Below, piece by piece: positions 26,434-34,279 of a stretch of 40,714 bases of DNA (position 1 is its first letter; the number at the start of each line of letters is the position of its first letter). A program made the position numbers and the translations under genes. Below the pieces are notes generated by a model. It saw only the letters and a program-made list of their open reading frames with translations, made no database searches and was not told the origin of the DNA. The stretch is from a virus (taxonomy: Duplodnaviria; Caudoviricetes): positions 1-40,714 of the IMG/VR virus record IMGVR_UViG_3300027749_000213; one strand, given 5' to 3'.

Positions 26434-27464
26434 AATTGCATAGCCTTTCTGACAACTCTTTCCGGTTCTATCCCAGCCAAGACATTGCACATCTCACTTC
26501 TGTTACATGGACCACCCTTGGGCCACTTCAGCCCACCAATTCCATGATGGTTACAAGGAGAACAATCTCCTCCCGCCTGAATAAAGAAGTTCTTAGGATT
26601 CCCTAGAGTTGCCCTCTTGGAGTAGTGGAACGATCCAAAGAGTCCTAGTGTGGCTACGTTAAGAGCGCATCCAAAGTGGATGAACGCTGAGTCAGGGGCT
26701 ATGACTAGATCGCAGGATTCAAGCAAAGCCACAGACTCTTCCAGTTCCCACCTCTCCATTGATCCATTGAGAACTAGATCAGATTTGCCAATAACGCTTG
26801 TCTCTTCCGGTCCATCAAACAACACAACCTCAACTCCTTTTTCTATCAGACCAGCTACAACCCCTGCCATATAGGGATAGCTCCTAACCTTAGATGAGGC
26901 CTTCATCTGAACACCGATCCTTGCTTTCGCCCTCTTAGGATAACGAATCAGCATATCACCAACTAAAGCCTTATCGTTCTGATACTTCAGCTTGAGCTCA
27001 AGATCGTAGAATCCGGCCTTAGCTCCAAAGACATGAACCGCGTGAAGATCGTGATCCTCCTCAACTGAGTTGGTTAGGTTGAGTACCGCATCCCTGCTCA
27101 ATAGTTCAGTAAGAGTTGCGGGATATTGTAAGTGAGTAGCTAAAGGATGAACTCCTAGTTCACATCTGTTGGAACAACAAACCTCTAGCTTGACCTCCGG
27201 CCACTCAGCCTGAATCGCTTCTATAAGCGGAGTGATAAGAAGAATATCCCCGATGCCTCCCGCTCGTAGGATAGTCAGAGTCTTTCCGTTATAATCGGAA
27301 TTTCGGTTGTATGCAGGAAGTTCGCAACCCTCAACAGAGGCAAGTCCATCCAGACGCATAAGCAAAGCCCCAGCCGCCCTAGGCTCCACCACATAGCCAA
27401 CCCCCGCCTTTAGAGTTGTAGTCTTGTCGTAGGCTAAATCAATCTCAGGAGTTAGTATTCTCAT
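26421..27464 (-). CDS. Glycosyltransferase family 9 (heptosyltransferase-like)
   Basis: RAGGIGDILL.TP, CDLVIAPDSAFIH, TLGLFGS, C-terminal CSPC motif. Confidence 0.85.
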   Translation of the reverse strand: MRILTPEIDLAYDKTTTLKAGVGYVVEPRAAGALLMRLDGLASVEGCELPAYNRNSDYNGKTLTILRAGGIGDILLITPLIEAIQAEWPEVKLEVCCSNRCELGVHPLATHLQYPATLTELLSRDAVLNLTNSVEEDHDLHAVHVFGAKAGFYDLELKLKYQNDKALVGDMLIRYPKRAKARIGVQMKASSKVRSYPYMAGVVAGLIEKGVEVVLFDGPEETSVIGKSDLVLNGSMERWELEESVALLESCDLVIAPDSAFIHFGCALNVATLGLFGSFHYSKRATLGNPKNFFIQAGGDCSPCNHHGIGGLKWPKGGPCNRSEMCNVLAGIEPERVVRKAMQLCSL

Positions 27465-27595
27465 TCCTCTTCCTCCTCATCCTTCTCCTTGTCATCTTCC
27501 CTATCTCGCCTGCACATAACCTCGTCCAGCATATAGGTACGTTTCCTGTCCTCTTCTTCCTCAATCAGCCAATCTGGTTTCTTTGGTTCATTCAT
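27461..27595 (-). CDS. 44-aa acidic protein (not in track)
   Basis: MNEPKKPDWLIEEEEDRK...DEEEEE; ATGA-coupled on both sides. Confidence 0.6.
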   Translation of the reverse strand: MNEPKKPDWLIEEEEDRKRTYMLDEVMCRRDREDDKEKDEEEEE

Positions 27596-27912
27596 AAATC
27601 GTCTAATTCCCTTGGTAATTGTCCCTTACTAACCCGAGCCCTGATCGTCATTGCGGCGATTAGATTCCAGCAAGCCGCTACTAGATGGTTCTCGTCATTC
27701 TTCTTTGCCATATAGGAGAATGCGTGACGCAACGCAGAGTCCATGATTCGGGAGATTGGTTGACCCAACTCCCAATTCCTATCTCCGTACTTCCTTGCCC
27801 CATCCTCAAAGTGAACTGCAAGTTCTTGAATGGCTTCCGGAGGAATAAGGTCGTATCTACCCTTTCCAACTCGAGCATCCCTTACTGATCCAGTTTTGAA
27901 CTTGTCCATCAT
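27592..27912 (-). CDS. DUF5664-like (dATP/dGTP diphosphohydrolase-associated) protein
   Basis: GKGRYDLIPP, GARKYGDRNW, SALRH, HLVAACWN. Confidence 0.85.
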   Translation of the reverse strand: MMDKFKTGSVRDARVGKGRYDLIPPEAIQELAVHFEDGARKYGDRNWELGQPISRIMDSALRHAFSYMAKKNDENHLVAACWNLIAAMTIRARVSKGQLPRELDDL

Positions 27913-28127
27913 TTCTTGATCCTTTCTTTTTCTCGTTGCTCTTTATGCTTTTTATTCGTCTTGATAGCCTCAGCTAAAATCCTTTCAGCCGAGTCAACTT
28001 GAGTGCGGATTTCTTTAACAAAGCGATTGATTGGATGGTCAGCGTGAGCAGACAACTTCTTCAGATTGACTGAGGCGGAAGTTATAATGTCTAAGACCCA
28101 ATCGAGCCGTCTTTCGATTTGCTTCAT
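27909..28127 (-). CDS. Hypothetical helical protein
   Basis: Coupled in operon. Confidence 0.65.
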   Translation of the reverse strand: MKQIERRLDWVLDIITSASVNLKKLSAHADHPINRFVKEIRTQVDSAERILAEAIKTNKKHKEQREKERIKK

Positions 28128-28408
28128 TTATCCATCACCACCTTCTCCAAGTCCTTGCTCTTAGCCCACGCGAGCAGTTGCCTCTTAATACTTGTTTTCA
28201 TCAAAGGGCTGAACCGGACATTCTTAATCGTGTTCTCCGTCTTAACTTTCTTTTTATTCATAAACTCACCTATTCCTCTCGTTAGTATTTCTATTAGTGT
28301 TGGTCGATACATTGACCCTCGACAGAAGTACGAAGGCCGATGCTCGTCATGCATTGTGATTCCCCTAAATATCATTTCTTGGTTTTCCTTTTGGTTCGAC
28401 TTTGCCAA
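28124..28408 (-). CDS. Hypothetical protein (start uncertain)
   Basis: Stop coupled to the next gene; may start at 28262. Confidence 0.45.
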   Translation of the reverse strand: MAKSNQKENQEMIFRGITMHDEHRPSYFCRGSMYRPTLIEILTRGIGEFMNKKKVKTENTIKNVRFSPLMKTSIKRQLLAWAKSKDLEKVVMDK

Positions 28409-28581
28409 AAGAAGTCGTTGTAGCTTTTAGATACAAGACCCCTCTTAACTAAGAAGGCCTCGAGTTTCTTCTTGTCCTCCCTAGCCATATCTCTTGTGTA
28501 TTTTGAATCGTCAGGGAATCCACTCATGCCAATTTCAGGAGCCCCCTCGAATCCATCCGGCCAATCTTTCGATGTATTCAT
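28372..28581 (-). CDS. Hypothetical protein
   Basis: In operon. Confidence 0.5.
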   Translation of the reverse strand: MNTSKDWPDGFEGAPEIGMSGFPDDSKYTRDMAREDKKKLEAFLVKRGLVSKSYNDFFWQSRTKRKTKK

Positions 28582-28861
28582 GATTGATTAAAGGTCCTGC
28601 AAGTCGGATGACCTTGATTCCCATGAGCAAAGCCTCGTTATACTTTTCGCAGTCCTTCCAGTAACCGACTCCCGAGGTATGTCTCGCATTCCGTCCAAGC
28701 CAGATGCCCCCTTCAATTTCAATATGAATTGGGCCAAGTCGCTTAGACTCATACCGGAAGTCAGCCCTCCACTTTCGTTTAGGATGGAATCTATACTCCT
28801 CTTGCAACTGCGGCCCCGAGGCCGCTCTCCATAGCAGAAGAAACTTGTCTCGGGGTCGCAT
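28535..28861 (-). CDS. Vsr/DUF559-like endonuclease
   Basis: EYRFHPKRKWRADF...IEIEGG...DCEKYNEA. Confidence 0.85.
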   Translation of the reverse strand: MRPRDKFLLLWRAASGPQLQEEYRFHPKRKWRADFRYESKRLGPIHIEIEGGIWLGRNARHTSGVGYWKDCEKYNEALLMGIKVIRLAGPLINHEYIERLAGWIRGGS

Positions 28862-28881
28862 TGCTTCACCTCAATCTCCGA

Positions 28882-29109
28882 TTAAAAGTCAAAGTCGGCT
28901 TCAGGCTCGTTAGCCTTAACCGGAGCTTTTGGCTTTTGGTCAACTGAAAGGGAAATGAATGTCCCCTTCTGACCCACCTTCTTCCACCCTGCGATGCGGA
29001 TTTGATTTCCGCCGATTAGGATGTTCCCCTTAAAATCAGGGGCTTTTTCGTTCTTCTTATCTCTTTCGGGAAACAGAACTCCCGATCCTTCTCTTGGTTC
29101 ATATGCCAT
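28882..29109 (-). CDS. Small ssDNA-binding protein (DUF736-like)
   Basis: LF..KKNEKAPDFKG...AGWKK; acidic tail ending DFDF. Confidence 0.7.
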   Translation of the reverse strand: MAYEPREGSGVLFPERDKKNEKAPDFKGNILIGGNQIRIAGWKKVGQKGTFISLSVDQKPKAPVKANEPEADFDF

Positions 29110-29111
29110 TG

Positions 29112-29909
29112 TTATTTAACTACTTCAGCTTGCAAAGGCTTGTTACACTCTTGCCACGCTGAAATATCCTTTATGCGTTTTGCCAACCGAAGAAGTGCAA
29201 CATACACTTCCCATTGCCTTTTCCATGAGGTCAGTTGGCGGGTTTGATGGACTCCTTTTGTTTTGTCCATACGCACAAGGAGGAGGTTGCGTATGGGAAG
29301 TCGGCGGAAGTTCTCCTCGAACAGAGTTGCGTAAGCCGCAACCTGAAAATCATAGGACTCGTAAAGACCATTGCTCGTTTTGAAGTCAACGAGAGTCAGA
29401 TCCTCATTCTCATCGAGCCCTATCAGATCAATCGTGCCTCCAAAACGATAGCACTCGGATACCAACTGCATCTCTACCGCTACTGGACGGAGGCCTGATT
29501 GCTCGAACCATGTCCGGTAAGCCCCGAATGCTACTTGTGCGCTCTTAACCTCGTCCCCATCACAATCTGATAGGTCAGGCTCCCAACCTAGGAGATCGCA
29601 TTGACATAGGAAGTGGGCAATCGTCCCAATCCTCCCTGCGGTTTTAAGCTCCTTGTCCGGACTCTTACCTTCCCTACCTAGCTTCGCGCCCCAATGAACT
29701 AGGGCAGGCTTAGGGACGTACACTAAAGCCCTCGTAGTCCCATCCACCTCAGTACCGTCTTTGAGATGATACTTCTGATGGGGTTCGGTTAGATCGAGCT
29801 TAACAACCTTATGTTCCTTTTGTGGCAAGGTTATCCCGTACTCAGCAAACCTCTTTTGGAGATGAGCCGATACCTCATTACCCTTATTCTTCTTTATTCT
29901 TTTTGGCAT
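29112..29909 (-). CDS. PD-(D/E)XK exonuclease
   Basis: GTIAH, VE, GGTIDL, LVDFKTS, QVAAY. Confidence 0.88.
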   Translation of the reverse strand: MPKRIKKNKGNEVSAHLQKRFAEYGITLPQKEHKVVKLDLTEPHQKYHLKDGTEVDGTTRALVYVPKPALVHWGAKLGREGKSPDKELKTAGRIGTIAHFLCQCDLLGWEPDLSDCDGDEVKSAQVAFGAYRTWFEQSGLRPVAVEMQLVSECYRFGGTIDLIGLDENEDLTLVDFKTSNGLYESYDFQVAAYATLFEENFRRLPIRNLLLVRMDKTKGVHQTRQLTSWKRQWEVYVALLRLAKRIKDISAWQECNKPLQAEVVK

Positions 29910-29918
29910 ATATCCTTA

Positions 29919-30593
29919 TTAGATATTCTCGATGCGTTTTTTCTTCCAAGCACTAACCGCTTTTTGAAGTTTGTCGGCTTTGGAGGCCAACTCCTTAATC
30001 AGCTTCTCGGGTAGCCTTATCCAATCCCCCTGTACATCAGCAGAATCAAACTGCCTTCCTTGATCCGCCAAAAACTCTACTAGATCTGAGGAAGATATGT
30101 CCCTGTTGGCAACTAGGAATGCCTCCATTTTCTGAATGCAATCAAACGAAGAAAGGCTATGAATAGGAATCTCCATTTTAACGATCTTGTCACTCTGCTT
30201 TACCTCCTTCTCTCCGGTTACGACCACCAATTCATCATCCTGCTTAATGGCTCCGCACTTAACCATCTCATCCAGACTTGCACCTCCGCCGATGCCCATA
30301 GCGGCCAATGCTCGTCCAATAGCCGAAGTTTCCGCATTCTCGAGGGCGGCACTTGAATTGATATTACCTTCCCACTTGGCCTGAGAATGCCCCACAAAGT
30401 AACGCTCCGGCCTATCCGTATCAGGAGTGACTTTCGCCTTCATGATTACTCTCTCAGTCGGATCTCCTATGATTTCGGTGGATATAGAACATAGAGGATA
30501 GGATTGCATGAGCACCGCAATCCGGCCTTCCACAAGGTTATAGGTTTTCCCGCCCCGAATGTTGACCGACTTTAGGTTAATAGTTGGGTTCAT
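29919..30593 (-). CDS. Single-strand annealing protein (Rad52/Sak/Erf-like)
   Basis: SAALENAETSAIGRALAAMGIG; adjacent to exonuclease and SSB. Confidence 0.7.
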   Translation of the reverse strand: MNPTINLKSVNIRGGKTYNLVEGRIAVLMQSYPLCSISTEIIGDPTERVIMKAKVTPDTDRPERYFVGHSQAKWEGNINSSAALENAETSAIGRALAAMGIGGGASLDEMVKCGAIKQDDELVVVTGEKEVKQSDKIVKMEIPIHSLSSFDCIQKMEAFLVANRDISSSDLVEFLADQGRQFDSADVQGDWIRLPEKLIKELASKADKLQKAVSAWKKKRIENI

Positions 30594-30885
30594 TTTTAGT
30601 TGTGCTTTCTTGGTTATGGTTTGTTTCTGGTTTAACTGACAAATCTATCACCCGCCCTAGGACATCCAGCGTCACACGCTTCTTTACCGGACGCTTGCCG
30701 TTGACGAGACAAGCCTCGACCCAACTTCTATGGGTTAAGCGATTGTTGCCCTTGCAACGCCGGACATTATTCCTCCAAAGCCAGACCTTTGCGGAAGATG
30801 GTTTGATTCCAAGAAAGAGAGCGACATCTTTTACGTTCCACCACTCCTGTTTAAGCTCCGACACTTTTTGAACTACGCTCCCCAT
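30577..30885 (-). CDS. Excisionase/Cro-like HTH protein
   Basis: WWNVKDVALFLGIKPSS; first gene divergent from the integrase operon. Confidence 0.6.
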   Translation of the reverse strand: MGSVVQKVSELKQEWWNVKDVALFLGIKPSSAKVWLWRNNVRRCKGNNRLTHRSWVEACLVNGKRPVKKRVTLDVLGRVIDLSVKPETNHNQESTTKNEPNY

Positions 30886-30967
30886 AGAAGTTGACTAGGC
30901 ACTTAGAACTTTTACCACAAGCTATATGTAACAAGCCTTTACAAGTATAAGTAAGCATACGGATGAC

Positions 30968-30984
30968 TATAAGATATTCTTATA
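30968..30984. promoter_or_regulatory. Palindromic operator candidate
   Basis: TATAAGA-TAT-TCTTATA in the divergent intergenic region. Confidence 0.45.
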
Positions 30985-31035
30985 TCGTGCCCCTAGGGAT
31001 TGCACAGCTACTCGCCTGCCATGTAGTCTTGTTAT

Positions 31036-31278
31036 ATGAACCAACCCATAAAACATAGAGCACCACAGAAAAGAGAGGGAGGTCTTAGCGACACAATAGG
31101 ATTCAGAGCTCCGAAAGAAACTCGGGAAAAACTCGATAAACTTTCTAAGCTCATGAAGTATTCCTGTAACCTTGTCGTTATTGAAGCCGTCAACGGCATC
31201 TACGACATGATCTTTACGGGGCCTACGCACACCCCCGCAATCGTCCTTCGTGGGCGAGCACTAAAAGACATCGTTTAA
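31036..31278 (+). CDS. Ribbon-helix-helix (Arc/CopG-like) regulator, probable repressor
   Basis: TIGFRAP strand plus helix (ETREKLDKLS) plus helix (NLVVIEAV); cotranscribed with int. Confidence 0.55.
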   Translation: MNQPIKHRAPQKREGGLSDTIGFRAPKETREKLDKLSKLMKYSCNLVVIEAVNGIYDMIFTGPTHTPAIVLRGRALKDIV

Positions 31279-31279
31279 T

Positions 31280-32308
31280 ATGGCATCTCTCTTACGGAGG
31301 GGTGGCTATTGGCATCTTGGATGGATGCAAGATGGCAAGTGGAAGCAGGTAAGCACAAAATTTCGTGCTGAAGGAAAAGCCCCGCCAATCGAAGTCCATG
31401 AACTCCGGCTCCGCAAGGAGAAGGAAGTAGCCTGCATTGCCGTTGGCTTGGAGTATGTAAAGCCAATTACCATTAAAGAGGCGATTGCGGAATGGACGGA
31501 GATTGATCGCAAGACGGCTAGGCATGGGACGTTTGCCAATCACCAATCCACCGTCCCTAAGCGACTAGCAAGATTCAACGATAAGCTAGTTGCCCATTTC
31601 AACGAGGCAGACGCTCAAGAAGTAGTGGCATCCCTCAATGCGGAGCCAACATCCTACTCCACCAAGAGATCAATGTTCGCCTCATTCTCTAGCTTCTGGA
31701 AATTCATTATGGCAAAGGGATATTCTAAACAGCAGTTCTTCTCCTTCTCGATGATGAAGAAAATTAGCGGAGATCGTAACCCCCGAATTGAGCGCAGGGG
31801 ATTGTCCTACGAAGAAGAAGATAAAATCTTTGCCCACCTATCCGGATGGGGTCTTACCTGCTCCAAGATTGCGATCTGGACGGGGGCTAGAATATCAGAA
31901 GCCGTTAAAGTACGGAGGGAGGATGTTGACTTCCTGCAAGGGGAGATCCGATTTAGAGAGAAGAAGGCGGGTGATAGGCCTATTGTTAAGTCAATGCACC
32001 CATGTCTAATCGACTTCCTCAGGAACCTCTCCGTTGATGACTATCCTCCTGAAAATTCTAGCGAGTGCGCCCTACGAGATCGCTTCAAGAAGGCAGTAGC
32101 TAAGTCCGGAGTGCCTAACGCTACTTTCCATTGGTTACGACATACACTTGCCTCGAGATTGTTTGATGAAGGTATCGGGGAACGTGATGCCGCCGCAATC
32201 TTGGGCCATACGCAAGCAGTCCATAGAGTGTACGCTCATGCCTCAAGGGAGAGGCTAAAATCAAAGCTAGCAAAAGTAAGGAATGTCGAGTTTTTGTCGG
32301 GTTCCTAA
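31280..32308 (+). CDS. int: Tyrosine integrase
   Basis: TGARISE, FHWLRHT, LGH, RVYAH catalytic motifs. Confidence 0.95.
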   Translation: MASLLRRGGYWHLGWMQDGKWKQVSTKFRAEGKAPPIEVHELRLRKEKEVACIAVGLEYVKPITIKEAIAEWTEIDRKTARHGTFANHQSTVPKRLARFNDKLVAHFNEADAQEVVASLNAEPTSYSTKRSMFASFSSFWKFIMAKGYSKQQFFSFSMMKKISGDRNPRIERRGLSYEEEDKIFAHLSGWGLTCSKIAIWTGARISEAVKVRREDVDFLQGEIRFREKKAGDRPIVKSMHPCLIDFLRNLSVDDYPPENSSECALRDRFKKAVAKSGVPNATFHWLRHTLASRLFDEGIGERDAAAILGHTQAVHRVYAHASRERLKSKLAKVRNVEFLSGS

Positions 32309-32500
32309 CGAAAAATGACCAACCTTATGCAACCATTGGCTACACTAGGCTACACTTTGAAGCCTATTTTCTCTATAAATTATGTAGGCAAACGTGTAAC
32401 AGAGACGTTATAATCCTTGCGCTCAATTACGCTCAATGTAGGAAAGTCACTCCGCTACAACAACTTGCATTTAGCCCGTAGGGTTTGTGTCGGGTGATCG
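32309..32500. other. Probable attP region
   Basis: Non-coding gap between convergent int and lysin; tandem GGCTACACT x2 and CGCTCAAT x2 flank an AT-rich centre. Confidence 0.55.
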
Positions 32501-33235
32501 CTAGCTTGCGAACAATTCACCCTCTTGTTTACGCCGAAGCTGAACTCCTTTGAGTGGTGAACGAAGTGCCATCTGCTTTATAAGTCCCGCAACTGGACGA
32601 GTATTCCCACGTTCAAGATTATCAAAAACTTCCTTCATCTCAGATCGAGTCGAGCCTACCAAAGAAGTGCCTCGGTTAAAGGTTAGGCTTACGAGTGCCG
32701 TCTTTTGCCTGTCATTGAGAGCATCAAAGTTGGGCCAAAGTTTATAGGCCTTCATCAGCCAAGTAGGGAGGGTGACTTTGGTGAATTGAGCTAGGGCAAC
32801 ATCATAGGAGATTGTCACGCCTACAACGTCCCGATGTTTCCCAGCCGCTTCCCTGCCATGCAGTCCGGAGACCGAGGCTAGTTTGTCTATGTCCTCCTCA
32901 GAGATGTACCCCTTCCAATCAGACTTAATCTGATCCGAACTGTAAAATCCAAGATCGTAGCCAACGCCAACTGTAAGGCCGGAAGCATCATTCACGGGAT
33001 TTAAGGGAGTAGTCAAATATCGGTTGTAGTACCTAGGCCCACCAGTTTCCCATTCAACGATCTTCTGGATCAGGTCACGGGGGGGAAGCCAACCTCGGTA
33101 GGTTGTGATCGCAAGGCTCACCGCCTCAGGCTTTGGAGTCTCCTTTGGCTTTGCCTCATCCTCCGCCCTTTTCTGTTCTACGATTTGCTTAAACCAACCC
33201 ATGCCTTTAGCCAATCCTTCACTTACTGATCTCAT
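32501..33235 (-). CDS. Endolysin (pesticin-like lysozyme)
   Basis: WETGG, SGLTVGVGYDLG, ALVSLTFNRG, RRKQEGELF. Confidence 0.85.
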   Translation of the reverse strand: MRSVSEGLAKGMGWFKQIVEQKRAEDEAKPKETPKPEAVSLAITTYRGWLPPRDLIQKIVEWETGGPRYYNRYLTTPLNPVNDASGLTVGVGYDLGFYSSDQIKSDWKGYISEEDIDKLASVSGLHGREAAGKHRDVVGVTISYDVALAQFTKVTLPTWLMKAYKLWPNFDALNDRQKTALVSLTFNRGTSLVGSTRSEMKEVFDNLERGNTRPVAGLIKQMALRSPLKGVQLRRKQEGELFAS

Positions 33236-33868
33236 TTAGTTTAGTCCTCCGTTGTTTAGTCCTGTTGCCCACACCACCAATGAATATCGAGTCCCCCACC
33301 ACACGGGGCAGGCTTTATGAAGAAGGTAACAAGGGAACAATGTTGCCGATCCTTGAGCCCTAGCCTTTTTCTTCTCTTGCCACTTATGCGCTTTGATCTT
33401 GAGCGATCCCCCTAGGTAGGAATTGGGCTTACATAAATTGATAACCATCGCAACTTTCCGGACATCTCCGGCGGCTCCGTTGTCGAAGTGCCAATTATAG
33501 AACTGGAACTTCTTATAGATGGTGAACTGAAAGGAGTGGGAAGGAGCCAAGGAGAACCCATAGACCTTGCCTCCAATTACGCTTAGGACTTTATCTAAGC
33601 GGTCAAAGACCCACTCAGTAGAACCCGTCCTAGCAACCCACGAAATTGCACAATTCCTGCTCCACACCCTCTTATCGCTCCCGCCCTTCATACCAAGGCC
33701 CTTCGTAACAACCCCAGCCAACCCAACCTCTATGATCTTTGAGCATTCCTCGGGGCTAAATACCTCCGGAATCGTGATAGCATCGCATACAGTTGTCTCC
33801 GGCTTCTGCTCCTCCACCTGATAACCCGTCACAAGAGTCCCAGACCCCACCGAATGAGCTATGTTCAT
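33236..33868 (-). CDS. 2OG-Fe(II) oxygenase (prolyl-hydroxylase/PKHD-like)
   Basis: WHFD (HxD), FP..LLH..PV..GTRYSLV.W; start probably 33868 (track 33913). Confidence 0.88.
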   Translation of the reverse strand: MNIAHSVGSGTLVTGYQVEEQKPETTVCDAITIPEVFSPEECSKIIEVGLAGVVTKGLGMKGGSDKRVWSRNCAISWVARTGSTEWVFDRLDKVLSVIGGKVYGFSLAPSHSFQFTIYKKFQFYNWHFDNGAAGDVRKVAMVINLCKPNSYLGGSLKIKAHKWQEKKKARAQGSATLFPCYLLHKACPVWWGTRYSLVVWATGLNNGGLN

Positions 33869-34245
33869 AGGTCGCTCACAATCCGCCAACTTGAGCCCGT
33901 CTTGGCAAAGCACTTCTTATTCTTTGCTTGGCATTCTCTTGGCTTAAACATCCAGAAAAGATCATCCTCCATACCCCAACAAATAATGTAATCGCAGGAC
34001 TCCTTTGTGTAGCAGTCCTTGGTTGATGAGCCCCTTGAAGTCATAAATCCGTATCGGCTTCTTTCAGAATCCCTCTTCTCGGAACACTTGACCTGAATAC
34101 GATAAAACTTCCCATCCTTCTCCGCCACCAAATCGTACCCTCCAATATCCTCCAACGGAGTTAAGACTGAATATCCGTTTCTGAGTAAGGCCGTAGCGAC
34201 ACGGGCTACCCCCACCGCACCTATCTGTCGATTGCTTAGCTTCAA
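33865..34245 (-). CDS. Free-standing PD-(D/E)XK endonuclease (I-Ssp6803I-like)
   Basis: IG..G......L...GY.V..P......YDLV.......RIQVK. Confidence 0.8.
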   Translation of the reverse strand: MKLSNRQIGAVGVARVATALLRNGYSVLTPLEDIGGYDLVAEKDGKFYRIQVKCSEKRDSERSRYGFMTSRGSSTKDCYTKESCDYIICWGMEDDLFWMFKPRECQAKNKKCFAKTGSSWRIVSDL

Positions 34246-34279
34246 GTTTGGGTTCTTGCACTAGCCTTGTATATGCTAG

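Noticed and set aside
27592-27912. 2-aminoadenine (Z) genome system suggested by the DUF5664-like gene
   Set aside because: No PurZ, DatZ-like HD phosphohydrolase or DNA polymerase recognisable; restriction-site avoidance argues for largely unprotected DNA
29112-29909. Cas4 / CRISPR adaptation gene
   Set aside because: No four-Cys Fe-S pattern or array; SSAP-exonuclease-SSB context indicates recombination
32360-32400. dif-like (XerCD) attP
   Set aside because: TATAA and TTATGT half-sites are separated by 1 nt rather than 6, and the phage has its own integrase
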